Assembly: GCA_944392615.1 (NCBI GenBank)
Contig: CALXXF010000001.1
Coordinates: 48,569 to 112,568, forward strand
Source: an uncultured Clostridia bacterium
Lineage (GTDB): Bacteria > Bacillota > Clostridia > Oscillospirales > CAG-272
DNA: 64,000 nucleotides
Direction of reading: 5' to 3'
Shown here: in pieces, positions 41,876-51,674 of the stretch
Numbering within the stretch: the first letter of the stretch is position 1
Layout of the letters: each line of letters begins with the position of its first letter
Notes under the pieces: model-generated
Told to the model about the DNA's origin: nothing
Database searches by the model: none
Seen by the model: the letters and a program-made list of their open reading frames with translations, nothing else
Made by a program: the position numbers and the translations under genes

Positions 41876-42817
41876 TTACCTTGAGCTCTGGTATGAATGT
41901 TTCTTGTCCCACTTGTTTTTGTTTTTCAACACGTTGTACAATGCCACAAAGCTTTCGTGCCGGCTCTTTGGTATCTCGTTTTTTTCGACCGCCTCCACTA
42001 TTGCGCAGCCCTGCTCGCAAAGGTGGGTGCACCCCTTATAGCGGCATTTTCCAAGATATCCTGAAAATTCCCTGAAAAAAAGCGGGAGTTGCTCTACGTC
42101 GTAAAAGTCGAATCGTTCAAAATCCAGCATCGAAAATCCGGGGGTGTCCGCTATAAATCCGTCTGCCTCGGCTCCAAGCGTTCGCAGGGGAAATAGCTCC
42201 ACATGCCGCGTCGTATGACGTCCGCGGCTGATTTTCCTTGACACTGACTGTGTACTTATCGAAAGGCAGGGAAAAAGCTTATTCATGAGAGTTGATTTTC
42301 CCGCCCCGCTGGCACCGGCAAATGCAAACACAGAATTTTTGGAGTTTCTTTCTATAAATCCAAGCAGCTCATCTGTCCCGGTGTTATTGCACGACGACGT
42401 GAGAAATGTCTGAAAGGCTTTCGAGTATATACTCATTATGCGGCTTGCATTTTCGGCATCAAGGTCTGATTTTGTCACTACGATCACAGGTTCGCAGGAA
42501 AGAGATTCTGATATTGATATCAGTTTGTCGAGGGTGAATATATCGGGCTGAGGACTGGCGCAGGGTATTACGCAGAAGAGAAAGTCCACATTTGCAAGAG
42601 GCGGACGCATGAAAAGATTTTTTCTGGGCAATATTTTTTCTATTACATACGACCCGTCTTCGTTTTTCACCGACACAATGTCACCGACGCGCGGCGAATC
42701 GTTTTCATGCCGGAATATACCCCTGGCTCTGCACGAGAGCGCTCGGTTTTTGGTCAATACAGTGTAAAGTCCACCGATGCCTTTTATTATTCTGCCGTAT
42801 TCGGTGTTTTCCGTCAT
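41876..42817 (-). CDS. rsgA: Ribosome small-subunit-dependent GTPase A (RsgA/YloQ/CpgA)
   Basis: An OB domain, a circularly permuted GTPase (VTKSDL...GASGAGKSTLMN), and a C-terminal zinc finger (CRYKGCTHLCEQGC). The start was refined to the ATG with RBS ggagg, inside ORF 41876-42919. Confidence 0.85.
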   Translation of the reverse strand: MTENTEYGRIIKGIGGLYTVLTKNRALSCRARGIFRHENDSPRVGDIVSVKNEDGSYVIEKILPRKNLFMRPPLANVDFLFCVIPCASPQPDIFTLDKLISISESLSCEPVIVVTKSDLDAENASRIMSIYSKAFQTFLTSSCNNTGTDELLGFIERNSKNSVFAFAGASGAGKSTLMNKLFPCLSISTQSVSRKISRGRHTTRHVELFPLRTLGAEADGFIADTPGFSMLDFERFDFYDVEQLPLFFREFSGYLGKCRYKGCTHLCEQGCAIVEAVEKNEIPKSRHESFVALYNVLKNKNKWDKKHSYQSSR

Positions 42818-43164
42818 CTCTTCCTCCGGGGCACAGTTAGTATCAAAAACGACTTTTATGTCACAATTATAATAAAACAAACCCTTTTTTTCAAGTATTT
42901 TCGGCAAATAATTTGTCATATACTCACTTGAAATGGCGCTCTATTTGGTGTATCATATTGTTGTACGCTTTTACTCCGCATGACCGTGTTTTAAGGCTTG
43001 CCACATAGCGTCGATGAGAGCGGTGAAAATGACGTCGGCGCACAGGTAGTTATGAGCGCGGGGTGATTTCAGCGGAGGATATTTCGAGCATGTCAGGACA
43101 TCAGATTTCAGGATTTTTTCATGTCTGTGTTTGAGCCGCCTTGAGTGCGGTACGGGAGATTAAA

Positions 43165-43818
43165 ATGAAAATAGACCTTCACGTGCATACCTCAGAGATA
43201 AGCGCCTGCGGAATGCTTTCAGCCGAAGATACGGTCAGGCTGTATGCAGAAGCCGGATACGATGCCATTGTAATTACAAATCATTTTGCCGCCTACAACA
43301 AGGAGCGTTTCGAAAGAGCGGGGCTTGATTTTTTCAGCGAATATATGAAAGGCTACGAGCTCGCGCGCTCAGCAGGTGAGAGATACGGTATTACAGTTCT
43401 CTGCGGCTTTGAGCTCAGGTTCAACAGAAACGAGAACGATTATCTCGTATACGGTATGGACGAGCAGACGGCATCGGACTGCAGCAGCATATTTGCCATG
43501 GGACCGAGGGAGTTTTCGGCTCTTGCGCGGGAAAAGGACTTTCTGTTTTATCAGGCTCACCCGTTCCGCAACAACATGACGGTTGTGTATCCCGGATATC
43601 TTTTCGGAATAGAGATTAAAAACGGCAATCCGCGCCATGACTCGCGAAACGATATCGCCGCCATGTGGGCGGAAAAATACGGATTGCACGGTATTGCCGG
43701 TTCCGATTGCCACCAGACGGAGGACGTCGGCGCAAGCGGAATAATCACCGGAGCCGCGGTGAGGAATATCAATGATCTTGTTGCAGTCCTCAAAAGCTCT
43801 GATTATACTATCATATGA
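43165..43818 (+). CDS. PHP-domain metal-dependent phosphoesterase
   Basis: MKIDLHVHTSEISACG...ITNHF, PHP motifs. Confidence 0.8.
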   Translation: MKIDLHVHTSEISACGMLSAEDTVRLYAEAGYDAIVITNHFAAYNKERFERAGLDFFSEYMKGYELARSAGERYGITVLCGFELRFNRNENDYLVYGMDEQTASDCSSIFAMGPREFSALAREKDFLFYQAHPFRNNMTVVYPGYLFGIEIKNGNPRHDSRNDIAAMWAEKYGLHGIAGSDCHQTEDVGASGIITGAAVRNINDLVAVLKSSDYTII

Positions 43819-43912
43819 CAGCGGTATCCCGTTTGAGGTTTGATTTGCAACCTCAGAGGGACTTGACAAATGCGCTGTTGCCAAATATAATATATTATCG
43901 ATAATAGAAAAA

Positions 43913-44050
43913 ATGTCACGGGGGAGCCTGTAAACAGGCTGAGAGGAAGCTGTGAGCTTCGACCCTTTAACCTGAATTGGGTAATGCCAACGTAGGAAGC
44001 AGACGAAAGATTCGTGTGTAAGCGGAGGAGCCCAGGTTCCTCCGCTTTTG
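43913..44050 (+). promoter_or_regulatory. TPP (THI-box) riboswitch with an intrinsic terminator; promoter TTGACA..TATAAT at 43863-43891
   Basis: gggggagcctg...ctgagag...accctttaacctgaattgggtaatgccaacgtaggaa, followed by the terminator gcggagga..tcctccgc + T-run. Confidence 0.9.
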
Positions 44051-44084
44051 TCATTTGCGGTATGTCCGCAAAGAAAGGAATATT

Positions 44085-45395
44085 ATGCAGTACAAGACAC
44101 AGATGGATGCCGCCAAAAAGGGAATATTGACCCCGCAGATGGAGATCGTCTCACGCAAGGAAAACATGCCCGCAGATAAGCTGATGGAGGGCGTTGCAAA
44201 CGGAACTATAGCTATCCCGGCGAACATAAATCATACTTCGCTTTCCCCCGAGGCTGTCGGAGGCGGTACCCGGACCAAAATAAACGTCAATCTCGGAATA
44301 TCCGGCGATTGCAATAATTACGAAATGGAAATGAAAAAAGCCGACCTTGCTGTCAAATTCGGCGCCGAAGCCATAATGGACCTGAGCAATTACGGCAAGA
44401 CAAACATTTTCAGGCGTGAGCTTATAAAAAAGAGCCCGGCAATGATAGGCACCGTCCCGATGTACGATGCGGTCGGCTATCTTGATAAGGACCTTCTTGA
44501 TATTACGGCGGAGGAATTTCTCGATGTCGTAAGGGCGCATGCCGAGGAAGGTGTGGACTTTATGACGATACATGCCGGAATAAACAGAAGAACGGTCGAA
44601 GCGTTCATGCGAGAGGGCAGGAGCATGAACATAGTTTCACGCGGCGGCTCGCTGCTCTTTGCCTGGATGATGATGACAGGCAGGGAAAACCCGTTCTACG
44701 AGTATTATGACAAGGTCCTTGACATACTCAGGGAGTACGACGTCACCATAAGTCTCGGCGACGCTCTTCGCCCTGGATGCATTGCCGACAGCACCGACGC
44801 AGGTCAGATATGCGAGCTCATAGAGCTCGGCAATCTCGCAGTAAGGGCATGGGACAGGGATGTTCAGGTTATGATAGAAGGTCCAGGCCACATGGCGATG
44901 AACGAAATAGCCGCAAACATGACGCTTGAAAAAAGGCTTTGCCACGGCGCTCCGTTCTATGTTCTCGGACCGATCGTAACCGACATTGCCCCCGGATATG
45001 ATCACATAACCTCGGCAATAGGCGGAGCAATAGCCGCTGCAAACGGAGCCGATTTCCTCTGCTATGTCACGCCGGCTGAGCACCTGCGTCTTCCGGATCT
45101 TGACGATGTAAAGGAGGGAATAATTGCTTCAAAGATCGCAGCTCACGCTGCAGATATAGCCAAAGGGCTTCCGGGAGCCTCGGATATAGACAACCGCATG
45201 GCAAAAGCAAGACACGCTGTCGATTGGGAGGAAATGTTCAGGCTTTCTCTCGACCCTGACAAGGCCCGTGCCTATTTTGAAAGCACGCCTCCGAAGGACA
45301 GGCACACATGCTCGATGTGCGGTAAAATGTGCGCAGTGCGTACAACAAACATGATACTCGAAGGTAAAAAGGTTGAATTCTGCAGCGAAAAGTAA
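44085..45395 (+). CDS. thiC: Phosphomethylpyrimidine synthase
   Basis: 436 aa from the radical-SAM ThiC family, ending in the C-terminal CxxCxxxxC (CSMCGKMC). Confidence 0.95.
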   Translation: MQYKTQMDAAKKGILTPQMEIVSRKENMPADKLMEGVANGTIAIPANINHTSLSPEAVGGGTRTKINVNLGISGDCNNYEMEMKKADLAVKFGAEAIMDLSNYGKTNIFRRELIKKSPAMIGTVPMYDAVGYLDKDLLDITAEEFLDVVRAHAEEGVDFMTIHAGINRRTVEAFMREGRSMNIVSRGGSLLFAWMMMTGRENPFYEYYDKVLDILREYDVTISLGDALRPGCIADSTDAGQICELIELGNLAVRAWDRDVQVMIEGPGHMAMNEIAANMTLEKRLCHGAPFYVLGPIVTDIAPGYDHITSAIGGAIAAANGADFLCYVTPAEHLRLPDLDDVKEGIIASKIAAHAADIAKGLPGASDIDNRMAKARHAVDWEEMFRLSLDPDKARAYFESTPPKDRHTCSMCGKMCAVRTTNMILEGKKVEFCSEK

Positions 45396-45578
45396 GGGCG
45401 GTAAAGAGGAAAAGTCATCTGAAAGAGAAATACCTGAAAAGTGTTTAAAGGCAGGCGCCAGGCATATTTTTCCGGATATTCCGGAAAAATATGCCTGATA
45501 AAGTGGCAGGACGACCGCCTTCTGTATATTGAACAGTAAAAAACAAAATGAAAAAATAAAAGAAAGAGTGGTAAGATT

Positions 45579-46400
45579 ATGCTCGGAAAAATGCTTGAAA
45601 ATGTAAACAAAAAACATCCCCTGGTGCACAACATAACGAATTACGTAACTGTTAACGATTGCGCCAATATTCTTCTTGCGTGCGGAGGTTCTCCGATAAT
45701 GTCGGACGACAAGGCAGATGTGGAGGACATAACGACTGTGTGCGGAGGACTCAATATAAACATAGGGACGCTCAATTCTTCGACCATCCCGGCAATGTTT
45801 CTGGCGGGTAAAAGAGCAAATGCTCTTTCTCATCCGGTACTTCTTGACCCTGTCGGTGCAGGCGCCTCGCTTCTCCGTACCTCTACCGCGACCGAACTGC
45901 TTGAGAAAGTAAAATTCAGCGTTATAAGGGGAAATATTTCTGAAATAAAAGCTCTTGCTGTGGGAAGCGGGAGCACAAAAGGCGTCGATGCGGACGAGGC
46001 CGACGCGGTAAACGACGGAAATATCGACTCTGTCATAGATTTTGCACGTAAATTTTCGTCAAGGACACAGGCTGTGATAGCGATAACCGGAGCTGTTGAC
46101 ATAGTTACTGACAGCAGCAGGACTTACATTATAAGGAACGGGCATCCTATGATGTCTAAAATAACCGGTTCCGGCTGCATGCTCAGCGCTATGTGCACAG
46201 CCTATATAACAGCAAATCCGGATGAAATTCTCACTGCGACTGCGGCGGCAGTCTGCGCGATGGGCCTTTGCGGCGAAAAGGCTTTTGCGGCACTTCTCCC
46301 CGGAGAGGGAAATTCAACCTACAGAAACCGGCTGATAGACGCCGTTTATAACCTTGATCCGGAGGCTCTTGAAAGGGGTGCCCGGTATGAAGTGCGATAA
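45579..46400 (+). CDS. thiM: Hydroxyethylthiazole kinase
   Basis: HPLVHNITNYVTVNDCANILLACGGSPIM. Confidence 0.9.
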   Translation: MLGKMLENVNKKHPLVHNITNYVTVNDCANILLACGGSPIMSDDKADVEDITTVCGGLNINIGTLNSSTIPAMFLAGKRANALSHPVLLDPVGAGASLLRTSTATELLEKVKFSVIRGNISEIKALAVGSGSTKGVDADEADAVNDGNIDSVIDFARKFSSRTQAVIAITGAVDIVTDSSRTYIIRNGHPMMSKITGSGCMLSAMCTAYITANPDEILTATAAAVCAMGLCGEKAFAALLPGEGNSTYRNRLIDAVYNLDPEALERGARYEVR

Positions 46401-47028
46401 AAAACATATGAGACTGTACGCAGTCACAGACCGCGCCTGGCTACACGGAAGACGGTTGTACGACGACGTGGAAAAAGCACTGCGCGGTGGCGTCACGATG
46501 CTGCAGCTCCGTGAGAAAGAGCTTGGCGATGATGAATTTTTATCGGAAGCTTTGGAGCTTAAGGAGCTTTGCGGAAGATACGGAGTCCCTTTCATCATCA
46601 ATGACAATGTCGAGCTGGCTGTAAAATGCGGGGCAGACGGTATACACGTAGGGCAGAGCGATATGTGCGCTTCAGATGTCAGGAGAGCTGTAGGCAGCGG
46701 AATGATAGTAGGTGTTTCGGCACAGACTGTCGAGCAGGCTTTGCTTGCCGAAAAAAACGGAGCTGATTATCTGGGCGTGGGAAGCGTCTTTACAACATCC
46801 ACAAAACTCGATGCCGAACATGTAAGTTATGACACACTTAAAGACATATGCCGAGCGGTTTCCATTCCTGTCTGCGCCATAGGAGGAATATCCGGTTCAA
46901 ATATGGACATGCTTGCCGGAAGCGGTATAGACGGAGTGGCACTTGTGTCGGCAATATTTGCAAGCGATGATATAGAAAGTGAATGCTCCAGGCTGAAGAG
47001 ACTTTCCGATACATTGTTTTCAAAATAA
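46387..47028 (+). CDS. thiE: Thiamine-phosphate synthase
   Basis: MRLYAVTDR...LQLREK...INDNVELA...GADGIHVGQSD. Overlaps the thiM stop. Confidence 0.9.
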   Translation: MKCDKKHMRLYAVTDRAWLHGRRLYDDVEKALRGGVTMLQLREKELGDDEFLSEALELKELCGRYGVPFIINDNVELAVKCGADGIHVGQSDMCASDVRRAVGSGMIVGVSAQTVEQALLAEKNGADYLGVGSVFTTSTKLDAEHVSYDTLKDICRAVSIPVCAIGGISGSNMDMLAGSGIDGVALVSAIFASDDIESECSRLKRLSDTLFSK

Positions 47029-47066
47029 CACATCCGGACATTTCTGTAATACAATTCGGAGGAAAT

Positions 47067-47921
47067 ATGAAAAAGGTTCTGACTATAGCCGGGTCTGACT
47101 CTTCAGGAGGGGCCGGTATTCAAGCTGATATTAAGACTATTACCGTGCACGGAATGTTCGCAATGAGCGTAATAACGGCAGTTACTGCGCAGAACACTCT
47201 CGGCGTTGCCGCTATAGAGGACATAAGTCCGGATTGTGTAAAAAGCCAGCTGGACTGTGTTTTTACCGATATATTTCCGGATGCCGTCAAGATAGGAATG
47301 GTATCCAATCCGGAGATAATAGGCGTCATTGCAGAAAGACTTTCATTTTACGGGGCGCGCAATATAGTATTAGACCCGGTGATGGTATCCACGAGCGGGT
47401 TTTCGCTGATATCTCAGGATGCCAAAAGCGCGCTTGTTTCAAAGCTCATTCCGATGGCGACGGTCATAACGCCCAATATACCAGAGGCGGAGGTGCTCTG
47501 CGGTTTCGGAATATCGGATGAAAGTGATATGCTTAAGGCGGCAAGAAGTATATCGTCGGGGTGCGGAAAAAACGTATCTGTACTTATCAAGGGCGGGCAC
47601 TTCGCCATGTCCCGAAATGCACACAGCAGTTCGGACGGTGGTTCTGAAGGCAGTTCTGACAGTGCGGTTGATTTTCTTGTTGTGGCAGGCTCTGGAAAAG
47701 AGGTGCGTTACGCCGCTCCACGTATAGACAACCGAAACACACACGGAACCGGCTGTACGCTTTCATCTGCAATAGCGTGCGGTCTGGCATCAGGCTGCCC
47801 ACTTGAGGTGGCTGTACAACGCGCTAAGGACTATCTTACAGGAGCAATAGCGGCAGGTCTTGACCTCGGCGCGGGCAGCGGCCCTCTGAATCACATGTAC
47901 GTGTTGCACGGCGATTCCTGA
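47067..47921 (+). CDS. thiD: Hydroxymethylpyrimidine/phosphomethylpyrimidine kinase
   Basis: VLTIAGSDSSGGAGIQADIKT...GCTLSSAIA. RBS is ggagg. Confidence 0.9.
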   Translation: MKKVLTIAGSDSSGGAGIQADIKTITVHGMFAMSVITAVTAQNTLGVAAIEDISPDCVKSQLDCVFTDIFPDAVKIGMVSNPEIIGVIAERLSFYGARNIVLDPVMVSTSGFSLISQDAKSALVSKLIPMATVITPNIPEAEVLCGFGISDESDMLKAARSISSGCGKNVSVLIKGGHFAMSRNAHSSSDGGSEGSSDSAVDFLVVAGSGKEVRYAAPRIDNRNTHGTGCTLSSAIACGLASGCPLEVAVQRAKDYLTGAIAAGLDLGAGSGPLNHMYVLHGDS

Positions 47922-48096
47922 TGCGTATAGGTGCGCATGCATATCATGTCTGAACGTATATGCGGCTTTAACGGGCAATCATCTGTCTCTTTACTGTTCT
48001 GACCTGTGTAGAACACATCAGAACAACGGAAATCAGTTACACATCATTACGAAAGGACAGCGCCTTGTTATATGGCGCTCACGGTAACCAGCTTTT

Positions 48097-49104
48097 ATGA
48101 TAGACGAGAGTATATTTAAAACAGCCGATTATATTGTGAGGCGAGAAAAACCGGTGCTCACCCGTCATGATTGTCCGTATCGGTCCGCGCTTACCTTCAA
48201 CGCCGGCGTTATAAAGGACAGCGATCACTACATAATGATGTTCAGAAATGATTACGGCGATTACGACGCACATACTCTGGAAGGAACCGATATCGGCATT
48301 GCCTTCAGCGATGACGGCCTTGAATGGAAGGTGGCTGAAAAGCCGTGCTTCGAGCTTTCGGACGGAGAAATAATCAGGGCATATGACCCGCGTGTGACTT
48401 TTATTGATGGTCAATATGTCGTGTGCTTTGCCGCCGATACCAGACACGGTATAAGAGGAGGTATTGCAGTTACCTCTGATTTTGAAAATTTTGATATAAA
48501 GAGCCTCTCTCTTCCCGATAACAGAAACATGGTCCTTTTTCCGGAAAAGATAAACGGAAGGTATGTCAGGCTTGAACGCCCGATGCCCGTATACTCGCGA
48601 GGAGGGGACAGGTTCGACATATGGCTTTCTGAGTCAGATGATCTTGAGTTCTGGGGAAGGTCAAGGCTTGTGCTGGCTACAGAGGATGTGCCGTACTGCA
48701 ATGACAAAATAGGACCGGGGGCTCCTCCTCTTAAAACAGACGCGGGCTGGCTGATAATATTTCACTCAGTCGACCGTGACGATTCAAGAGGAAAAAACGG
48801 ATGGGAGAAAAAATGGCAGAAACGCTATTGCATCGGTGCCGCGCTTCTCGATATTCACGACCCGTCAAAGGTAATAGGTCTTACCCGAGAACCACTTATG
48901 GTGCCCGAAACCTACGACGAAACCGAAGAGGGCTTCAGGACAAATACACTGTTTCCCTGCGGTGCGCTCCTCGACAACGGAGGGAAAACACTGAGGATAT
49001 ATTACGGCGCGTCGGATACCGTTGTAAAAGTGGCCTTTGCACCTCTTGACAAGGTCATAGAAGCGTGTACGCTCAGAAGAAAGTCAGATTTTCAACCGTT
49101 ATGA
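48097..49104 (+). CDS. Glycoside hydrolase family 130 protein (mannoside phosphorylase or beta-mannosidase-like)
   Basis: A DPRV catalytic-Asp motif, a GH130 five-bladed propeller pattern, and a C-terminal YYGASD. Confidence 0.75.
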   Translation: MIDESIFKTADYIVRREKPVLTRHDCPYRSALTFNAGVIKDSDHYIMMFRNDYGDYDAHTLEGTDIGIAFSDDGLEWKVAEKPCFELSDGEIIRAYDPRVTFIDGQYVVCFAADTRHGIRGGIAVTSDFENFDIKSLSLPDNRNMVLFPEKINGRYVRLERPMPVYSRGGDRFDIWLSESDDLEFWGRSRLVLATEDVPYCNDKIGPGAPPLKTDAGWLIIFHSVDRDDSRGKNGWEKKWQKRYCIGAALLDIHDPSKVIGLTREPLMVPETYDETEEGFRTNTLFPCGALLDNGGKTLRIYYGASDTVVKVAFAPLDKVIEACTLRRKSDFQPL

Positions 49105-49498
49105 GATATTGTGTCACTGAATGACATTTGTTTTGAATCGCCGGCAAAAAGACGTTTCCGATAAGCGTTTGTGCTGGCGGAAGAAGCAGAAAAAGCATGC
49201 CGCGGTTGTTACAGAATCATTACTGCGGAGTTGTATGCACAAAAATAAAATATAAAAAGCTCAGGTCGGACCATAGGATTTTCGCCTGAGCTTTTTATAT
49301 CTATCTCTGCTGTTTTAACTGTGTCTCGCTGGGTGAGCTGCCGCTGCCCGGCGCCAATTACGAAAACCGACACTGCGCTCACCCGCCATAAGTTATGATT
49401 TGCACCCGCTTTCCATCTCCCTGCACAATGCCGCTGCAAAGGCGGGCAGGGGATTACAGCGAAAAATCAGCCGCAAAACAGGAAAAACAACTCACCGG

Positions 49499-50128
49499 TC
49501 ATAACTGGTCGACCTCTGCATCCTGAGTTGCCGGGGTACCGAAGTATGTAGCCGCCGAAAGTATAAAGTCCTCCGCCATAGCGGCTATTTCATCTATATC
49601 AGTGATCATACCCTCGTCAAACCAGCGAGTCAGGATGCCCATGCAGCCGGAGCTTGCAAATGAGTAAAAATATTCTATGCTTCTCTCTGACGCATGGGTG
49701 AAAAATTTTGCATAGCTGGCGACACAGCTTTTTCTGCCCTCGTTTATCAGACGTGCCGCAAAATCCTTGTCGCCGTATTGACCAAGAGTAACTGCACAGA
49801 TATCTGCATTCTCTTTAAGACAACGGAAAATTCCTGACGTCACTTTGACAGGAGAAATTCCTTTTTCAAGCTCCCCGATAAGAGGCTCCATTGCCGTTTT
49901 GAACTCAGTAAGGGTTTCGTCCTCTATCTTTTTGAGAAGATCATAGATATCGCTGTAATGAGCGTAAAAGGTACCTCTGTTTATACCGGCGGATGCACAT
50001 AACTCTTTTACTGAAATGCTGCCTACCGGTTTTGTCTTAAGCAGATCGGTAAATGCGCGTCGTATAAGCATTTTTGTGACACGGATGCGGTGATCGTCAC
50101 TCTTTTTGTTCACTTTGATCCCCTCCAA
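49499..50128 (-). CDS. TetR/AcrR family transcriptional regulator
   Basis: N-terminal HTH (VKELCASAGINRGTFYAHY). Divergent from the SDR gene. Confidence 0.85.
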   Translation of the reverse strand: MEGIKVNKKSDDHRIRVTKMLIRRAFTDLLKTKPVGSISVKELCASAGINRGTFYAHYSDIYDLLKKIEDETLTEFKTAMEPLIGELEKGISPVKVTSGIFRCLKENADICAVTLGQYGDKDFAARLINEGRKSCVASYAKFFTHASERSIEYFYSFASSGCMGILTRWFDEGMITDIDEIAAMAEDFILSAATYFGTPATQDAEVDQL

Positions 50129-50316
50129 TTATAAACGAAGCAATTTGTAAATAATATATGTACATACGGTCCAAACGTACATTGTGTGCACGATATGTTG
50201 GGTAAAATACAGACGGCATACACAGCTGTTTCTTGATTTTTTCACACATTCATATTATAATACATATAGTAACAAAAGTCAACACACTGTACGATTACTG
50301 AAAGGATGTTTGTTTA

Positions 50317-51326
50317 TGAAGAAAATTTTTATAGTAACAGGCGCAAACGGACATCTCGGAGGTACCATAGTAAGAATACTGTCAAAGCAGCCTAACATCT
50401 TTGTTTACGGAATGGTGCTCCCCGGTGTTGAATGCGCCGATTCTGACAAAGTGAAATACTATCATGCCGATGTGCGCTTTCCGGAGCAGATGGAACAGAT
50501 GTTTTTTGATGCTGCCGGAAGTGATGTATATGTTATTCATACGGCGGGTATAGTCGATATATCGGGTGACTTGAGTGAACAGATGTATGATGTCAATGTC
50601 GGAGGAACAAAAAACATAGTGGAGCTGTGCGTACAGCACAAGGTCAAGAGGCTTGTGTATGTCAGCAGCGTACACGCGATACCAGAGGGTGAACCGGACA
50701 GAGTTCTGACCGAGACAAATAATTTTTCCCAGGACACCGTGACGGGAGGGTATGCAAAAACAAAGGCTGAGGCAACAAAAGCCGTGCTTGCCGCCGTTTC
50801 TGACGGACTTGATGCTGTTGTCGTACATCCGTCGGGGATACTCGGACCGTATGATTCTGACGGCAATCACATGGTAATTCTGGTTTCGGACTATCTTGAA
50901 GGCAAGCTTCCCGCATGTGTAAGAGGCGGGTACGATTTTGTCGATGTCAGAGACGTTGCAAAAGGATGTATTTCTGCAGCGCTGAAAGGGAAAAAAGGTC
51001 AGTGTTATATACTCTCCAACAGGCATTATGAAATAAAAGACATACTTGAAATGGTAAAAAGGGTTGGGGGAGGAAGAAAGCTTCCTTGCCTGCCTGTCTG
51101 GGCTGTGAAGCCGTTTGTACCTGTGGCGAGACTTTTTTCAAAAATAAATAAAAAGCCTCCTATTTACACAAAATATTCACTGTATACCCTCGGTTCAAAC
51201 GACAAATTTTCGCATGACAAGGCTACATCCGAGCTTGGATATAAACCGCGCGATATGTTTATAACTGTGCGAGATACTGTGCGCTGGCTCAGAAGAAAGA
51301 AAAGAATCGCCCGCGCTCACCCGTGA
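50317..51326 (+). CDS. NAD(P)-dependent epimerase/dehydratase (extended SDR; cinnamoyl-CoA or dihydroflavonol reductase-like)
   Basis: TGANGHLGGTIV Rossmann motif and a YxxxK region. RBS is aaagga. Confidence 0.8.
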
Positions 51327-51674
51327 TATTCCATCCTGATCTTCCATTCTGAAAAAGTCCGGACGGTTTTCACAATATATATCGGCTCACGCTGTGAAAC
51401 GTTACTTTCTGTCAGTCGCGCATCAGCATGTATGCTTTTCAAAAAATGACAGTGCGTTTTCGGCGTCGTGAGTCCTGTTGGGTCTTGTGCCGGTGGTAAA
51501 AAACATCAGGCACAGGGCCTTTTTTATTGACTTATCATGTTTTATGTGATATAAATATTTTGCGACGCGGTGTGCGTCATGTATCTTCCATCCAATTATG
51601 AAGGCGTATGAATGAAGGCTTTCCGTTCAGTGCGCCTGAACACAGCGCATCCTTGCGCAAGAAAGGGTTCGGTT

